A stretch of DNA of 64,000 bases from Minisyncoccota bacterium (GTDB lineage Bacteria; Patescibacteriota; Minisyncoccia; Moranbacterales; UBA2206). The stretch covers positions 666 to 64,665 of the forward strand of contig JARLIA010000014.1 in NCBI GenBank assembly GCA_031291955.1, read 5' to 3'. The position numbers were made by a program, and so were the translations under genes. Below, piece after piece: positions 46,100 to 56,349 of the stretch (positions are counted from its first letter, which is position 1; each line of letters begins with the position of its first letter). Under the pieces are notes generated by a model. The model had not been told where the DNA came from. It worked only from the letters and a program-made list of their open reading frames with translations, and did no database searches.

Positions 46100-46261
46100 G
46101 AAACGCGCTTTGCTAAGCGCTCAATTTCTAATTTTCAATTTCTAATTTCTAAACAATGTCTAATTTCTCAATGATTAAATTTCTAAATTGAAAATTAATT
46201 CATTGAAAATTGTTTGAAAATTGAGAATTGAAAATTGAGAATTGAGCACGAAGTGCGTTTT
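46100..46261 (-). repeat. Intervening sequence / expansion in the 16S helix-40 loop, composed of AT-rich inverted repeats
   Basis: It is flanked by the h40 stem cccagaac/gttctggg and the inner stem gctcaatttct/agaattgagc. Its arms are (aatttctaat)n and (attgaaaatt)n. Confidence 0.6.
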
Positions 46262-47309
46262 GTTCTGGGCAGTCTCGTGTGACACTGTAACACACGATAG
46301 GGGTTGCGCTCGTTTCCTGACTTAACAGAACACCTTACGGCACGAGCTGACGACGACCGTGCAACGCCTGCTATGCACCCTCGAAGGCTTGTACATTTCT
46401 GTACAATGCAGCATAGTTTCAAGCCCTGGTGAGGTTCCTCGCTTGTCGTCGAATTAAACCACATGCTCCACCACTTGTGCGGATCCCCGTCTATTCCTTT
46501 GAGTTTTAAGCTTGCGCTCGTACTTCCCAGGCGGCAGACTTAACGCGTTAGCTACGACACCGAGAGGGTCGATTCTCCCGATACCTAGTCTGCATCGTTT
46601 AGGGTGTGGACTACTGGGGTATCTAATCCCATTCGCTACCCACACTTTCGCGTCTCAGCGTCAGGCGAGCCCCAACCAGATGCCTTCGCCTTTGGTATTC
46701 CGTATGATATCAACGCATTTCACTGCTACACCATACGTTCTACTGGTCTCTTGCTCCCTCTAGCTTTGCCGTTTCAAACGCAGTTTCCGAGTTAAGCTCG
46801 GAGATTTGACGTCTGACTAACAAAGCCGCCTACACGCGCTTTACGCCCAATAAATCCGGATAACGCTTGAGGTCTCTGTATTACCGCTGCTGCTGGCACA
46901 GAGTTAGCAACCTCTTATTCCTATGGTACCATCATTACATTTTTCCCATAGAAAAGAAGTTTACGACCCAAGGGCCTTCATCCTTCACGCGGCGTCGCTC
47001 CATCAGGCTTTCGCCCATTGTGGAATATTCTCGACTGCAGCCACCCGTAGGTGTTTGGGCAGTGTCTCAGTCCCAATGTTGGGGGTCACGCTCTCACGCC
47101 CCCTACCCGTCATAGCCTTGGTAGTCCTTTACACTACCAACAAGCTGATAGGACACAGGCCGCTCCTGAAGCGATAAATCTTTACTCCGTAGAGATTATC
47201 GTGTATTATCTTGGATTTCTCCAAGTTATTCACGACTTCAGGGTACGTTCCTATGCATTACTAACCCGTTTGCCGTGGGCCTAAACCCACTCGACTTGCA
47301 TGCCTTATC

Positions 47310-47349
<40 letters not shown>

Positions 47350-47669
47350 AAAAAAGTTATAAAGAATATAAATTCCTTGATTTTGAATAGACTCTAATTT
47401 GTCTCGAAATAAATCGAGACGAGGACTAATCGCAAAAAATTGTGATTATTTCGTCTCTCTAAATCAAAAGGTAGAGATTTAGAGAAACTATTCACTTGTC
47501 AAAGTTCTTTCCGAGTCTTTCGTTCTGACGAACAAAAAACACATCTTTGTGAGCAACAGTAATTACACACAAAGATGCATCTTTGTTCCACAGTGTTTTT
47601 AAGGGTTGTTTGAGTTATTATTTAACGCCGTTTTTTGACTTAAATAATTATACGCAACTCGTACTGTCT

Positions 47670-47697
47670 ATATTAGCAGACCTGCAAAAACTGTCAA
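47670..47697 (-). promoter_or_regulatory. Sigma-70-type promoter for the 16S operon (TTGACA-16-TAATAT)
   Basis: On the minus strand the sequence reads TTGACAgtttttgcaggtctgcTAATAT, about 330 nt upstream of the mature 5' end. A leader inverted repeat, catctttgtg...cacaaagatg, follows. Confidence 0.5.
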
Positions 47698-47758
47698 TAG
47701 CCCGGCCTAGCCTTGACCAAAACCGCGCTTTCCAGCTTGGTTAACCGGGTTTCCATAA

Positions 47759-47938
47759 TCATTTACTACTTTCTTTCTTGTTTTCTTCAATTAATTTCTT
47801 ATCTTTAAGAAATTTCAATATCGGTTTGGCACAGTTGTGGCAAATATCAAAACTCGAATAAAACCCGACCGAAACATTGACTTTGTCTTCGGTTTTACCC
47901 AGAACTTTTTTGCAAATATCGCATTTGGTGATTCTCAT
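47759..47938 (-). CDS. Small zinc-ribbon protein (59 aa)
   Basis: The translation is MRITKCDICKK...FDICHNCAKP, with two CxxC pairs. It falls below the ORF-track cutoff. Confidence 0.35.
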   Translation of the reverse strand: MRITKCDICKKVLGKTEDKVNVSVGFYSSFDICHNCAKPILKFLKDKKLIEENKKESSK

Positions 47939-47963
47939 AAATCCATTATACCATCCACTGACA

Positions 47964-49247
47964 TCAGGTCAAATCGAGATTTTCAGCTTCGATCTTTAAC
48001 ATATTTTCTTGGCATATTTTGGCGTATTCCCGCGCGCTCGGGCGGATTTTGCGTTCGAGGGTTTTATAATCGATTTCCACCAGTCCGAAACGCGGCCAAA
48101 AACCTTTGTCCCATTCAAAATTGTCCAGCAGCGACCAATGGAAATATCCGCGCACGTCAACACCTTCGGAAATGGCTTTGTGCGTCCACTTCAAATGATC
48201 CTTGATGAACTTATCGCGTTTAGTATCATCGACGTCAGCCAGGCCGTTTTCCGTGATATAGATCGGCAGATTATATTTTTGCAAATTTTTTATGAGATGA
48301 TAAATCCCTTCCGGATAAATTTCCCAGCCCATATCGGTCCGGGTTTTATTTTCATTTGTCTGCTTGAACGGAAATTTTATTTTCTTATGGAAATAATATT
48401 GAACAGCCAAAAAATCCTGATTGCTTCCGACAAGATTCAGAAATTTTTGATTGGAAAAATAGTTTGTAACCTTGACTGATAATTTATCTAATAAATTATG
48501 CTCGTCATTCGGCTCGATATACTGCAATATATTTGAAAAACCCACTTTCCAATCCGAATTTATTTTTTTCATTTCCCGGTAAGCTTGGTTGTGCGCTTTT
48601 GCCAAAATTTTATACACCTTCAAGGCGACAATCGGATTCTTTTTCTGCGGCGGCCAATATCCTGTCGAATAAGCAGCGGCGATGACCGAAGTCGGCTCAT
48701 TGAGAGTGATCCAAAATTTCACGTCCTCTCCGAGTTTTTCCACGACGAATTTCGCGTATCGGGCAAAATAAAAAGCGAATTTGCGATTCTCCGGTCCCCC
48801 TTTTTCCGCCAGCCACAAAGGATTTGTCCAGTGCCAGATGGTCACGAACGGCTCCATCCCACGCGCCAGAACGGCTTTGATCACTTTCCGATAATGTTCA
48901 ATTTCCTGCTCGTCGAATTTTCCCTCCTCCGGTTCAATGCGCGACCATTCAATGGAAAACCGATGGGCGTTGTGGCTAAGTGACTTAGCGATATCAAAGT
49001 CTTCTTCAAAACGATTATAGTAATCGCAAGCGGCGCCGGAAATATAGTTTTCCGGCGTCAGCATTTCCGGAAATTTTTTCACCTGCCAATCGGCGTGTTT
49101 TTTCGGCGCTTCTTCGGCCAACCGTTTAGCATTGGCTTTCTCCCATTCGCTCCAATCATTTTTGTTCCCACCCTCAACCTGATGGGCGGAAGTCGCCGCG
49201 CCCCACAAAAACCCGTCGGGAAATTTTAGCTTTTGTTTTTCCATCAA
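47964..49247 (-). CDS. GH1 beta-glucosidase
   Basis: The motifs FLWGAATSAHQVEG, TLNEP and YITENG are present. Confidence 0.85.
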   Translation of the reverse strand: MMEKQKLKFPDGFLWGAATSAHQVEGGNKNDWSEWEKANAKRLAEEAPKKHADWQVKKFPEMLTPENYISGAACDYYNRFEEDFDIAKSLSHNAHRFSIEWSRIEPEEGKFDEQEIEHYRKVIKAVLARGMEPFVTIWHWTNPLWLAEKGGPENRKFAFYFARYAKFVVEKLGEDVKFWITLNEPTSVIAAAYSTGYWPPQKKNPIVALKVYKILAKAHNQAYREMKKINSDWKVGFSNILQYIEPNDEHNLLDKLSVKVTNYFSNQKFLNLVGSNQDFLAVQYYFHKKIKFPFKQTNENKTRTDMGWEIYPEGIYHLIKNLQKYNLPIYITENGLADVDDTKRDKFIKDHLKWTHKAISEGVDVRGYFHWSLLDNFEWDKGFWPRFGLVEIDYKTLERKIRPSAREYAKICQENMLKIEAENLDLT

Positions 49248-49936
49248 CTCTTATTTTTTATATATTTTTCCAGTAAGGCTTCCCTGGAAATATGCGCCTT
49301 CCATATTGGTCTGGTTTCATCATCAAAGTCACCAGCAAAGTGCTCTCGTCTAAAATTATCATCAACTTCTCCGTCAATCACAAAACCAAATCGTTCCATC
49401 AATTTCGGATGCTCCGCCACAATCCATGATGTGGCCGTAACTTCTTTAATATTTTCATTATTTCTTACAATTTCCGTTAATTTTCTCATTCCATCTTTTA
49501 ATGCACTTATAAAATTTTCCACTTTTTTGTCAGGAACCATATGAATATGTATATGGCTATCTCCTAAACCATAAGAAAGCAATTCGTTTATCGCAATAAA
49601 TTCTTCGTCCCGCGGTTGCCTAACTCCAAAAGCCTCAGGATTTTCAATTCTATAATCAAGTAGCGGCTTCAATACAAGAAAAACCGAATTTACAAATTGA
49701 TCTTTGTCAGAAATATTTACACAATCAGCCAATTCTCGAAGCATAGCTTCACCATTTTCCAGTAATTTTGCGAGTGGTTGAATATGAGCCTTTATATAAT
49801 TTATTCTATCCAATCCATTCTCGTTATCATTGAATATTTCTTCCAATTTTAACTTGGCTTCTGTATAAACTTCAGGCTCCTTTTCTTCTTTTTCCCCAAT
49901 ATTATCCGCTGGGTTAAATTCAAAATTATTAACCAT
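49244..49936 (-). CDS. Hypothetical protein with a histidine-triad-like motif
   Basis: HIHIHMV matches the H-phi-H-phi-H-phi-phi pattern. Nothing else identifies a family. Confidence 0.3.
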   Translation of the reverse strand: MVNNFEFNPADNIGEKEEKEPEVYTEAKLKLEEIFNDNENGLDRINYIKAHIQPLAKLLENGEAMLRELADCVNISDKDQFVNSVFLVLKPLLDYRIENPEAFGVRQPRDEEFIAINELLSYGLGDSHIHIHMVPDKKVENFISALKDGMRKLTEIVRNNENIKEVTATSWIVAEHPKLMERFGFVIDGEVDDNFRREHFAGDFDDETRPIWKAHISREALLEKYIKNKS

Positions 49937-49945
49937 GAATTCAAT

Positions 49946-51274
49946 TTAATTTCTTTTAGCTATTTTATCCATCCCGCCCGGCATCCATTTTCGTAACACT
50001 TCCGGAATAACGACCGAACCGTCGGCTTGTTGGTAGTTTTCGAGGATTGCAATCAGCGGCCGCACGGTCGGGAGAGCAGTGTTGTTCAAGAGATAGGCGA
50101 ATTTCTTTTCGCCATCGGCAGTTTTATATTTCACGTTCAGTCGCCGCGCTTGCCAATCCAAAAAGTTGGAAGCCGAGCCGGTTTCGCCCCAGCGGTTGAG
50201 GCCGGGCATCCAGGCTTCCAGATCAAACGCCCGGTATTTACCGGCCGGCATATCGCCGGTGCAAATCTGGAGTTTTCGATAGGGTAAGCCCAATTCTTGG
50301 TGCATTTCTTCCGAGATACCGATCATTTCTTCCTGCAGTGCCGTAGAAGCTTCTATGGAAGCTTCTGATACGACCACCTGTTCCACTTTCATAAATTCAT
50401 GGACGCGATAGAGTCCCTTGTTGTCTTTGCCGTAATCACCAATTTCACTGCGATAGCACGGAGAAAAACCGCAAACCTTGATCGGCAATTTTGCTTCGTC
50501 CAAAACTTCATCGGAAAAATACGCCAAGAGCGACGGCTCGGCCGTGCCGACCAGAAATTTTTTCTCTTTCGATTCCGCGCCGTCCATCTCTTTGTCACGC
50601 GTCGCGATCTGATAAATATTGTCCGTGGCGCTGTCATAGTCTGTCCCTTTGAAATAGCCGCTGCCGAAAAGCGCGAACCCCTTGATGAGCGTCGGCGGAA
50701 TGATCGGCGTGTAGCCTTTTTCCACCATTTTATTGATAGCATACATCATCATCGCCATCACCAAAAGCGTGCCTTCGTTTTTGAGATAATAGCCGCGATA
50801 CCCGGAAACTTTCGAGCCTTTTTCAAAATCAATGATATCCAAGTTTTCCGCCAGTTCGATGTGCGTTTTGGGCGTGAAGTCGAACTTGCGAATTTCGCCC
50901 CGCTTGTAAACTTCCACATTCTCGCTGTCGTCTTTGCCGACCGGCGTGTCGTCTGAGGGAATGACCGGCACGCTCACCATCAGTCCGTCGTATTCTTTTT
51001 TTATCTCTTCATACGCCGGCTCGGCCGCGGCCAATTTTTCTTTCACTTTCGTCCCCTGCGTGATCAGTTCTTTCCTTTCGGCGTCGTCTCTCACGGATTT
51101 CATATGCTCATTGAGCTTGTTTTTTTCCGCTTTCAATTCCTCAATCTCTTTCAACGCTTTGACTCTTTTTTCATCCACTTCCAAAAGATTGTCCAGATCC
51201 AAATCAATGTTCTTGTTCTTGATCGCTTCCTTGATCCCTTCCGCGTTCTCGCGAATGTATTTGATGTCCAACAT
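49946..51274 (-). CDS. serS: Seryl-tRNA synthetase
   Basis: An N-terminal coiled-coil arm is followed by class II motifs. Confidence 0.9.
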   Translation of the reverse strand: MLDIKYIRENAEGIKEAIKNKNIDLDLDNLLEVDEKRVKALKEIEELKAEKNKLNEHMKSVRDDAERKELITQGTKVKEKLAAAEPAYEEIKKEYDGLMVSVPVIPSDDTPVGKDDSENVEVYKRGEIRKFDFTPKTHIELAENLDIIDFEKGSKVSGYRGYYLKNEGTLLVMAMMMYAINKMVEKGYTPIIPPTLIKGFALFGSGYFKGTDYDSATDNIYQIATRDKEMDGAESKEKKFLVGTAEPSLLAYFSDEVLDEAKLPIKVCGFSPCYRSEIGDYGKDNKGLYRVHEFMKVEQVVVSEASIEASTALQEEMIGISEEMHQELGLPYRKLQICTGDMPAGKYRAFDLEAWMPGLNRWGETGSASNFLDWQARRLNVKYKTADGEKKFAYLLNNTALPTVRPLIAILENYQQADGSVVIPEVLRKWMPGGMDKIAKRN

Positions 51275-51280
51275 ATTATT

Positions 51281-51335
51281 TTTTAAATTGAAAATTGATT
51301 AAATGAAAATTTATTGATCATTGAAAAATTATTCC
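51281..51335. repeat. AT-rich attgaaaat repeat cluster upstream of serS
   Basis: The sequence is aaattgaaaattgattaaatgaaaatttattgatcattgaaaaatt. Confidence 0.45.
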
Positions 51336-51455
51336 CCCAAGGGGAAGCTGACAAACCCCAAATTATGGCTAAATATTCCTTATTCATGGCAAATCCAATA
51401 TACCATAACAGGAAAAATAAAAAAAGGCCGGCGTCATTCCGCCGGCAGCGACCAT

Positions 51456-51662
51456 TTATGATTCCCTCCGCTTTTTCAGTTTATAAATAAGTTCTTCGCC
51501 AACCCCTTGGGCCATTCCGGCGCTGGATGACATATCATAATGATACTCACCAGGTCTCATCTCGACACAAACAGTGCCGTCAGCTTTCCAGTAAATCCCA
51601 AATTCTTCCGAACTGGAATTCATCCTATGCCATCCTTCTTTCGTCTCTTTGCTCCGTTCCAT
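51456..51662 (-). CDS. Small hypothetical protein (68 aa)
   Basis: Support comes only from the ORF itself. Confidence 0.25.
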   Translation of the reverse strand: MERSKETKEGWHRMNSSSEEFGIYWKADGTVCVEMRPGEYHYDMSSSAGMAQGVGEELIYKLKKRRES

Positions 51663-51759
51663 TTTTCACCCTCCTTCGCAAAAATAAAAATTCAGAAAGG
51701 TTTTGAAAAAAGATCAAAAAGGAACTATTATAAAACAAGAAATCGGCTACTTTATTATG

Positions 51760-52782
51760 TTATGACGCCTTCGACAATACCACCACATTCTCCCCGCCGG
51801 TCGTGCCCGAGGTCACTTCCACCATTGCGTCGTCACCAGTCAGACCGGTTTGAATATTGACACGGCGGGTGCTTTTTCCGTCGGCGGAAAGAACTTCAAC
51901 GTATTGCTGATGGCTATTGTTGTCCGTTTTGATAGCGCGTTGGGGCACCATCACCACATTATCTTTCTCGGCCGTATTAATGTCAACATTGGTGCTCATA
52001 CCGACTTTGAGGCGCGGATCGGGTTTGGGAAATTTCAATTTCACGTCATAATAAACCACATCTTGGACAACCGTCGAGGCTGGGTCGACCTCATCCACCA
52101 CGCCGTCCAAGATATCAGTGGCCGGAAAAGCATCCAATGTGACTTGGGCTTTTTGCCCAAGCGCCACATTGATAATATCCGACTCGGGCACTTCCACTTG
52201 AGTTTCCAATTGTCCGTCCGAGGCGATCGTAAAAATGGAAGTGTCACTCGTCATTGCATCAGCCATTGCCATCTCGCCCACCTCAACATTCTTTTTGATG
52301 ATCATGCCGGAAATGGGAGCATAGAGCGTAGCGTATCCGAGCTGGGTCTGAATCTGAGAAACGGACGCTTGACCTTGCTTGATCACGGCTTCTTGCGACT
52401 GCTTGTCGAAATAGCTATAACTCGCGCCTTTTCTTTGCATAGAAGCGAGCGTTTTTTTCTGGGCGGCCAGTTCCTGCTCGGCCTGAACCAATTGACTCGA
52501 CAATATCCCGGTGTCGATGGTCGCCAGCGTCTGTCCTTTGATCACATGGTCGCCAACATCCGCCCGAAGCGAAACAACCCGTCCGCTCATCTTGAAAGCC
52601 ACGTCGGACTGGACCGGCGGAATGATTGTCCCAGTAACGCTAACCGTGCGCGTCAAATTTCCGCGCGTCGCCTGTTCGGTCGTATAAAGCGTCGCCGGCT
52701 TTTTCGACTTGGCGTAATAAACCCCACCGACGATAAGCAGGATTATGCTTATGATAACGTAGGTTTTCTTTTTTCGAAACAT
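51760..52782 (-). CDS. Efflux periplasmic adaptor (HlyD/MacA membrane-fusion protein)
   Basis: A TM is followed by biotinyl-lipoyl-like and beta-barrel segments. The start is probably MFRKKK. Confidence 0.65.
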   Translation of the reverse strand: MFRKKKTYVIISIILLIVGGVYYAKSKKPATLYTTEQATRGNLTRTVSVTGTIIPPVQSDVAFKMSGRVVSLRADVGDHVIKGQTLATIDTGILSSQLVQAEQELAAQKKTLASMQRKGASYSYFDKQSQEAVIKQGQASVSQIQTQLGYATLYAPISGMIIKKNVEVGEMAMADAMTSDTSIFTIASDGQLETQVEVPESDIINVALGQKAQVTLDAFPATDILDGVVDEVDPASTVVQDVVYYDVKLKFPKPDPRLKVGMSTNVDINTAEKDNVVMVPQRAIKTDNNSHQQYVEVLSADGKSTRRVNIQTGLTGDDAMVEVTSGTTGGENVVVLSKAS

Positions 52783-52786
52783 AATT

Positions 52787-53218
52787 TTAAAGTAAATTTC
52801 CCTGCTTCTCCCTCGCGTCCAGCGCCTCATTCACCATGGCGTCAGCAACTTTATTCTTTTCTCGCAGTATATGTATCATTCTAACATTTTTAAAGTCCAA
52901 CATCAAATTCCAGATTTCGATGAAATTTTTCTGGATGTATTCCTCCTTGAGTTTGTACTCGTGATTGATCTGCTTTACCACCAATTCAGAGTCAAGATAA
53001 CACTCGACTTCATATTGCTTCGTTTTATCTTTCCCCAAAAGTTGTTTCAGCTTTTTTAGTCCGAAAATCAGAGCCGCGTACTCGGCCACATTATTAGTCG
53101 CCTCGCCGATATATTCGCCGTATTTCTTGTCTAACGTTTCGATATACACTCCGATTCCAGCCGGCCCCGGATTGCCCCGCGAACCGCCGTCACTGAACAT
53201 GATGATTTTTTCCGTCAT
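52787..53218 (-). CDS. rnhA: Ribonuclease HI
   Basis: The segment FSDGGSRGNPGPAGIG is present. Confidence 0.8.
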   Translation of the reverse strand: MTEKIIMFSDGGSRGNPGPAGIGVYIETLDKKYGEYIGEATNNVAEYAALIFGLKKLKQLLGKDKTKQYEVECYLDSELVVKQINHEYKLKEEYIQKNFIEIWNLMLDFKNVRMIHILREKNKVADAMVNEALDAREKQGNLL

Positions 53219-53222
53219 AAAT

Positions 53223-53873
53223 TTAGAATATTTTCAACAGCTCCTGAGGCTGTTCCGCCAGATAATCCGGCGTAAATTTTTCCAAAACTTCCTTGGAATT
53301 GAAACCCCAGGAAACAGCCACTGACATCAATCCGTTTTTCTTGGCCGCTTCGATATCGCGCGTTTCATCCCCGACATAGGCCGTCTTGTCTGGAAGAAAA
53401 CCGTGTCGCCGCATAATTTTTTTGAGCGCCCTGGCTTTCCCGAATAAATTATTTTCCGAATAAACAAAGTCAAAAACGTCTATGCCATGAGCCGCTAGAA
53501 AATCCCGAACATTTTTTTCAGCGTTGGAAGTCAGGATTCCTAAGGCATATTTCCGTTCCCTTAACATAACAAGTGTTTCTCTCATTCCCTCAACCGGAGA
53601 AACCTGGGGCAATTTGGCACGAAATAGTTTTTTTCCTTTTCTCACGATAAAAAACAGCTTCCATTTTGGAACACCAAACCTCTGCATAACTTGCCGCGAT
53701 GAAAGGTTTTGAAATAACGGCACGTCTTTCCCAACAACTTTCTCATACTTATAAATATCGGCCATTTCGTTAAAAATTTCCAGCAAAACTAAAAACGAAT
53801 CGGCAATCGTTCCGTCAAAATCAAATATGATTACTTTCCGCCCATCGCCAGCCATAGTCATAACAATTAGCAA
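53223..53873 (-). CDS. HAD-superfamily hydrolase (phosphoglycolate-phosphatase-like)
   Basis: The motif IIFDFDGTIADS is present. Confidence 0.7.
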   Translation of the reverse strand: MLIVMTMAGDGRKVIIFDFDGTIADSFLVLLEIFNEMADIYKYEKVVGKDVPLFQNLSSRQVMQRFGVPKWKLFFIVRKGKKLFRAKLPQVSPVEGMRETLVMLRERKYALGILTSNAEKNVRDFLAAHGIDVFDFVYSENNLFGKARALKKIMRRHGFLPDKTAYVGDETRDIEAAKKNGLMSVAVSWGFNSKEVLEKFTPDYLAEQPQELLKIF

Positions 53874-53916
53874 TATAACAATTTCTCCCTGCTTTGAAGT
53901 TAAAATTTGTCCAGCA

Positions 53917-55671
53917 TCAATCGGCTAATTTCAGATCAATGAGCTTCAACTGCAGCTTTTTATTCCCATTCCACTCATCTTCTTCCAAATTAAAAACTAC
54001 CTCCAGTCTATCATCTTTCTTAAGATCTGGGAATTTTTCCACCAAAGAAAAACCGATGGCGTCGAAAACTTTGGGCGAATTGCCGCCGCCGCGGAGCGAG
54101 ATTTTCCAATGTTTTTGTCCATTGCCGACAATTTTGGCGTCAACAACGACCATATTCCTGACTAGAAAAACCGGCTGAGTGTTTCCGATGCCGAATGGTT
54201 CCATTTTTTTCAAATCGCCGGCCAGTTCCCAGCCGATGTCTTCGGCCGCAATCTCAGCATCAATCTCGATGGCCGACACTGATTCATGCCCGACCAGTTG
54301 TCCCGCCACCAATGCGTCCATTTTTTCGTAAAATTTCTCAGCCTTTTCAAATGTCACGCTGACACCGGCCGCTTGGGAATGCCCGCCGAATTTTATCAGC
54401 AATTCGCGGCACCGTTCCAGGTTCTCAATAATGTTCACTGCCGGAACGCTGCGCAGCGACCCGACCAGCACATTCTCCTGCCGCTGCAAAATAACGGTCG
54501 GTTTTTGGAAAGCCTCCGTGATTTTCCCGGCCACCAATCCTAAAACGCCTACCGGCCAGTGCGCGTTTTCGGCAAAAATGAATTTCTTGTCGCGGAAAGA
54601 ATTGTTGGCCAAAATCTCCACTTCCCGAAAAATTTCGGCGGTAACTTTTTGCCGATCCTGATTATTTCTCTCGAGATCCAAGGCCAGATCCCGGGCTACG
54701 GACGGTTTTTTTTCTATCAGCAATTTGTAGGCCGTATTGGCGTGATCCATCCGGCCGGCCGCATTGATCCGGGGCGCGATTTGAAAAGCCACCTTGTGCG
54801 CGTCGGGAACCTTATTTTCCGAAATATTGATTCGCCCGACCTGAAACAGCTCAACCAGTCCTGCCCGTCGGGTTTTAGCCATAACAACTAGACCGTATTT
54901 GACCAAAAGTCGATTCTCGCCGAGAAGCGGCACGCAATCAGCAATCGTCCCAATCGCCACCAAATCCAGAAGCCATTTCAATTGTTCGATTTTTTCCGGC
55001 GCTTTCATTCTGTAGAGCGCAGTAGCCAGTTTGAAAGCCACTCCGACGCCAGCCAGCTCCTTGAATTCAAATCCGCTGTCCGACACATTGGGATTGATGA
55101 TTGCATAGGCCGCCGGTAAATCTTGCGGCGCGTGATGGTGATCGGTAATAATGATATCCATTCCAAGATTTTTGGCTTTTCCAACTTCCGCGATATTAGT
55201 TATCCCGCAATCAACCGTAACGATTAATTTCACTCCTTGGGCATAAAGATACTTAATGGCTTTTTCGTTCAGACCATAGCCTTCCGTCTGGCGATCGGGG
55301 ATGTAGCACATGGCCTCGCCCAACCCGAGAGAAACCAGCGTCTCAAAAAGGACTGCCGAGGCCGTCACACCGTCCGCGTCGTAGTCGCCAAAAATAGCAA
55401 CCTTCTCTTTTTTCTCGCCGGCCCGGATTATCCTCGCCGCTGCTTTTTCCATGCCGGAAATTGCCAGCGGATCAGCCAGATCATTTTCATAATCAAACCG
55501 GAAGTGTTTTTCAATTTCTTCTTCCCGCGCGATTCCGCGATTGAATAATAATTTCAAAATGACCGGATGATATTTTCCCGCTTCGACTCGACAAGACATC
55601 TCGTCGAATCGAGGCGAGCCGACTGAAATATTTTCAGGATTATTATTTTCGTTTTTTATTTTCCAGTTCAT
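53917..55671 (-). CDS. recJ: Single-stranded-DNA-specific exonuclease RecJ
   Basis: The DHH motifs IFGDYDADGVT and IITDHHH are present, as is a DHHA1 domain. Confidence 0.85.
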   Translation of the reverse strand: MNWKIKNENNNPENISVGSPRFDEMSCRVEAGKYHPVILKLLFNRGIAREEEIEKHFRFDYENDLADPLAISGMEKAAARIIRAGEKKEKVAIFGDYDADGVTASAVLFETLVSLGLGEAMCYIPDRQTEGYGLNEKAIKYLYAQGVKLIVTVDCGITNIAEVGKAKNLGMDIIITDHHHAPQDLPAAYAIINPNVSDSGFEFKELAGVGVAFKLATALYRMKAPEKIEQLKWLLDLVAIGTIADCVPLLGENRLLVKYGLVVMAKTRRAGLVELFQVGRINISENKVPDAHKVAFQIAPRINAAGRMDHANTAYKLLIEKKPSVARDLALDLERNNQDRQKVTAEIFREVEILANNSFRDKKFIFAENAHWPVGVLGLVAGKITEAFQKPTVILQRQENVLVGSLRSVPAVNIIENLERCRELLIKFGGHSQAAGVSVTFEKAEKFYEKMDALVAGQLVGHESVSAIEIDAEIAAEDIGWELAGDLKKMEPFGIGNTQPVFLVRNMVVVDAKIVGNGQKHWKISLRGGGNSPKVFDAIGFSLVEKFPDLKKDDRLEVVFNLEEDEWNGNKKLQLKLIDLKLAD

Positions 55672-55756
55672 TTTCCAAATTAAATTAGGGGTCCAAAACC
55701 CCTAATATAATATTAAAGTTTTATTCGCACCATTCACAATTTGCAGATTCGCATCG

Positions 55757-56320
55757 CTATTGGCATTTAGGGCAAACGAATTTCGCTTTGAATTCGTGCT
55801 TTTCAATGTCAGACACTGTTAAAAACAGGTTCATCTCCGTCTTACATTCCGGACATTGGAAATTGCTCAACTGCAAATCTTCATCCAACTCCGGAGCGTC
55901 AAGTTCGGTCAAACTGAATTTTATCCGATAACCCTTGGCGCTGTTTCCGAGCATCACCCTGACCCGTTCCACCACTTCTCTGGGCGACACCATCCCGCTG
56001 ATGATAAAATCCTTAACCCCCATCTCAATGGCCCGCTTCCGGTCTTCTTCCCGTCCCATGTGGGATGACATCAGAACCGGAACATTGGCCGTAGCCACGT
56101 TTTTAGCCAGCGCTTCTTTCAAAGCAAACCCATCCATCCGCGGCATAATGATCCCGGTGAATATGACATCCGGCACATCCTGCGTCGCCTTATCTAGTCC
56201 GCCTAAACCATCCATCGCTTCAGTAACAACGTATCCTTCCCGCCGAAAAACTTCCGCGTAAGTGGTCCGAATCGCTTCATCGTCGTCAACTAACAGGATT
56301 TTTATTTTTTTATTTTCCAT
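55757..56320 (-). CDS. Response-regulator receiver domain fused to a C-terminal zinc ribbon
   Basis: LVDDDE and the phospho-acceptor Asp region are present, plus CPECK...CPKCQ. Confidence 0.65.
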   Translation of the reverse strand: MENKKIKILLVDDDEAIRTTYAEVFRREGYVVTEAMDGLGGLDKATQDVPDVIFTGIIMPRMDGFALKEALAKNVATANVPVLMSSHMGREEDRKRAIEMGVKDFIISGMVSPREVVERVRVMLGNSAKGYRIKFSLTELDAPELDEDLQLSNFQCPECKTEMNLFLTVSDIEKHEFKAKFVCPKCQ

Positions 56321-56349
56321 ATTGACTAAATGTTAACATGTTAATATGC

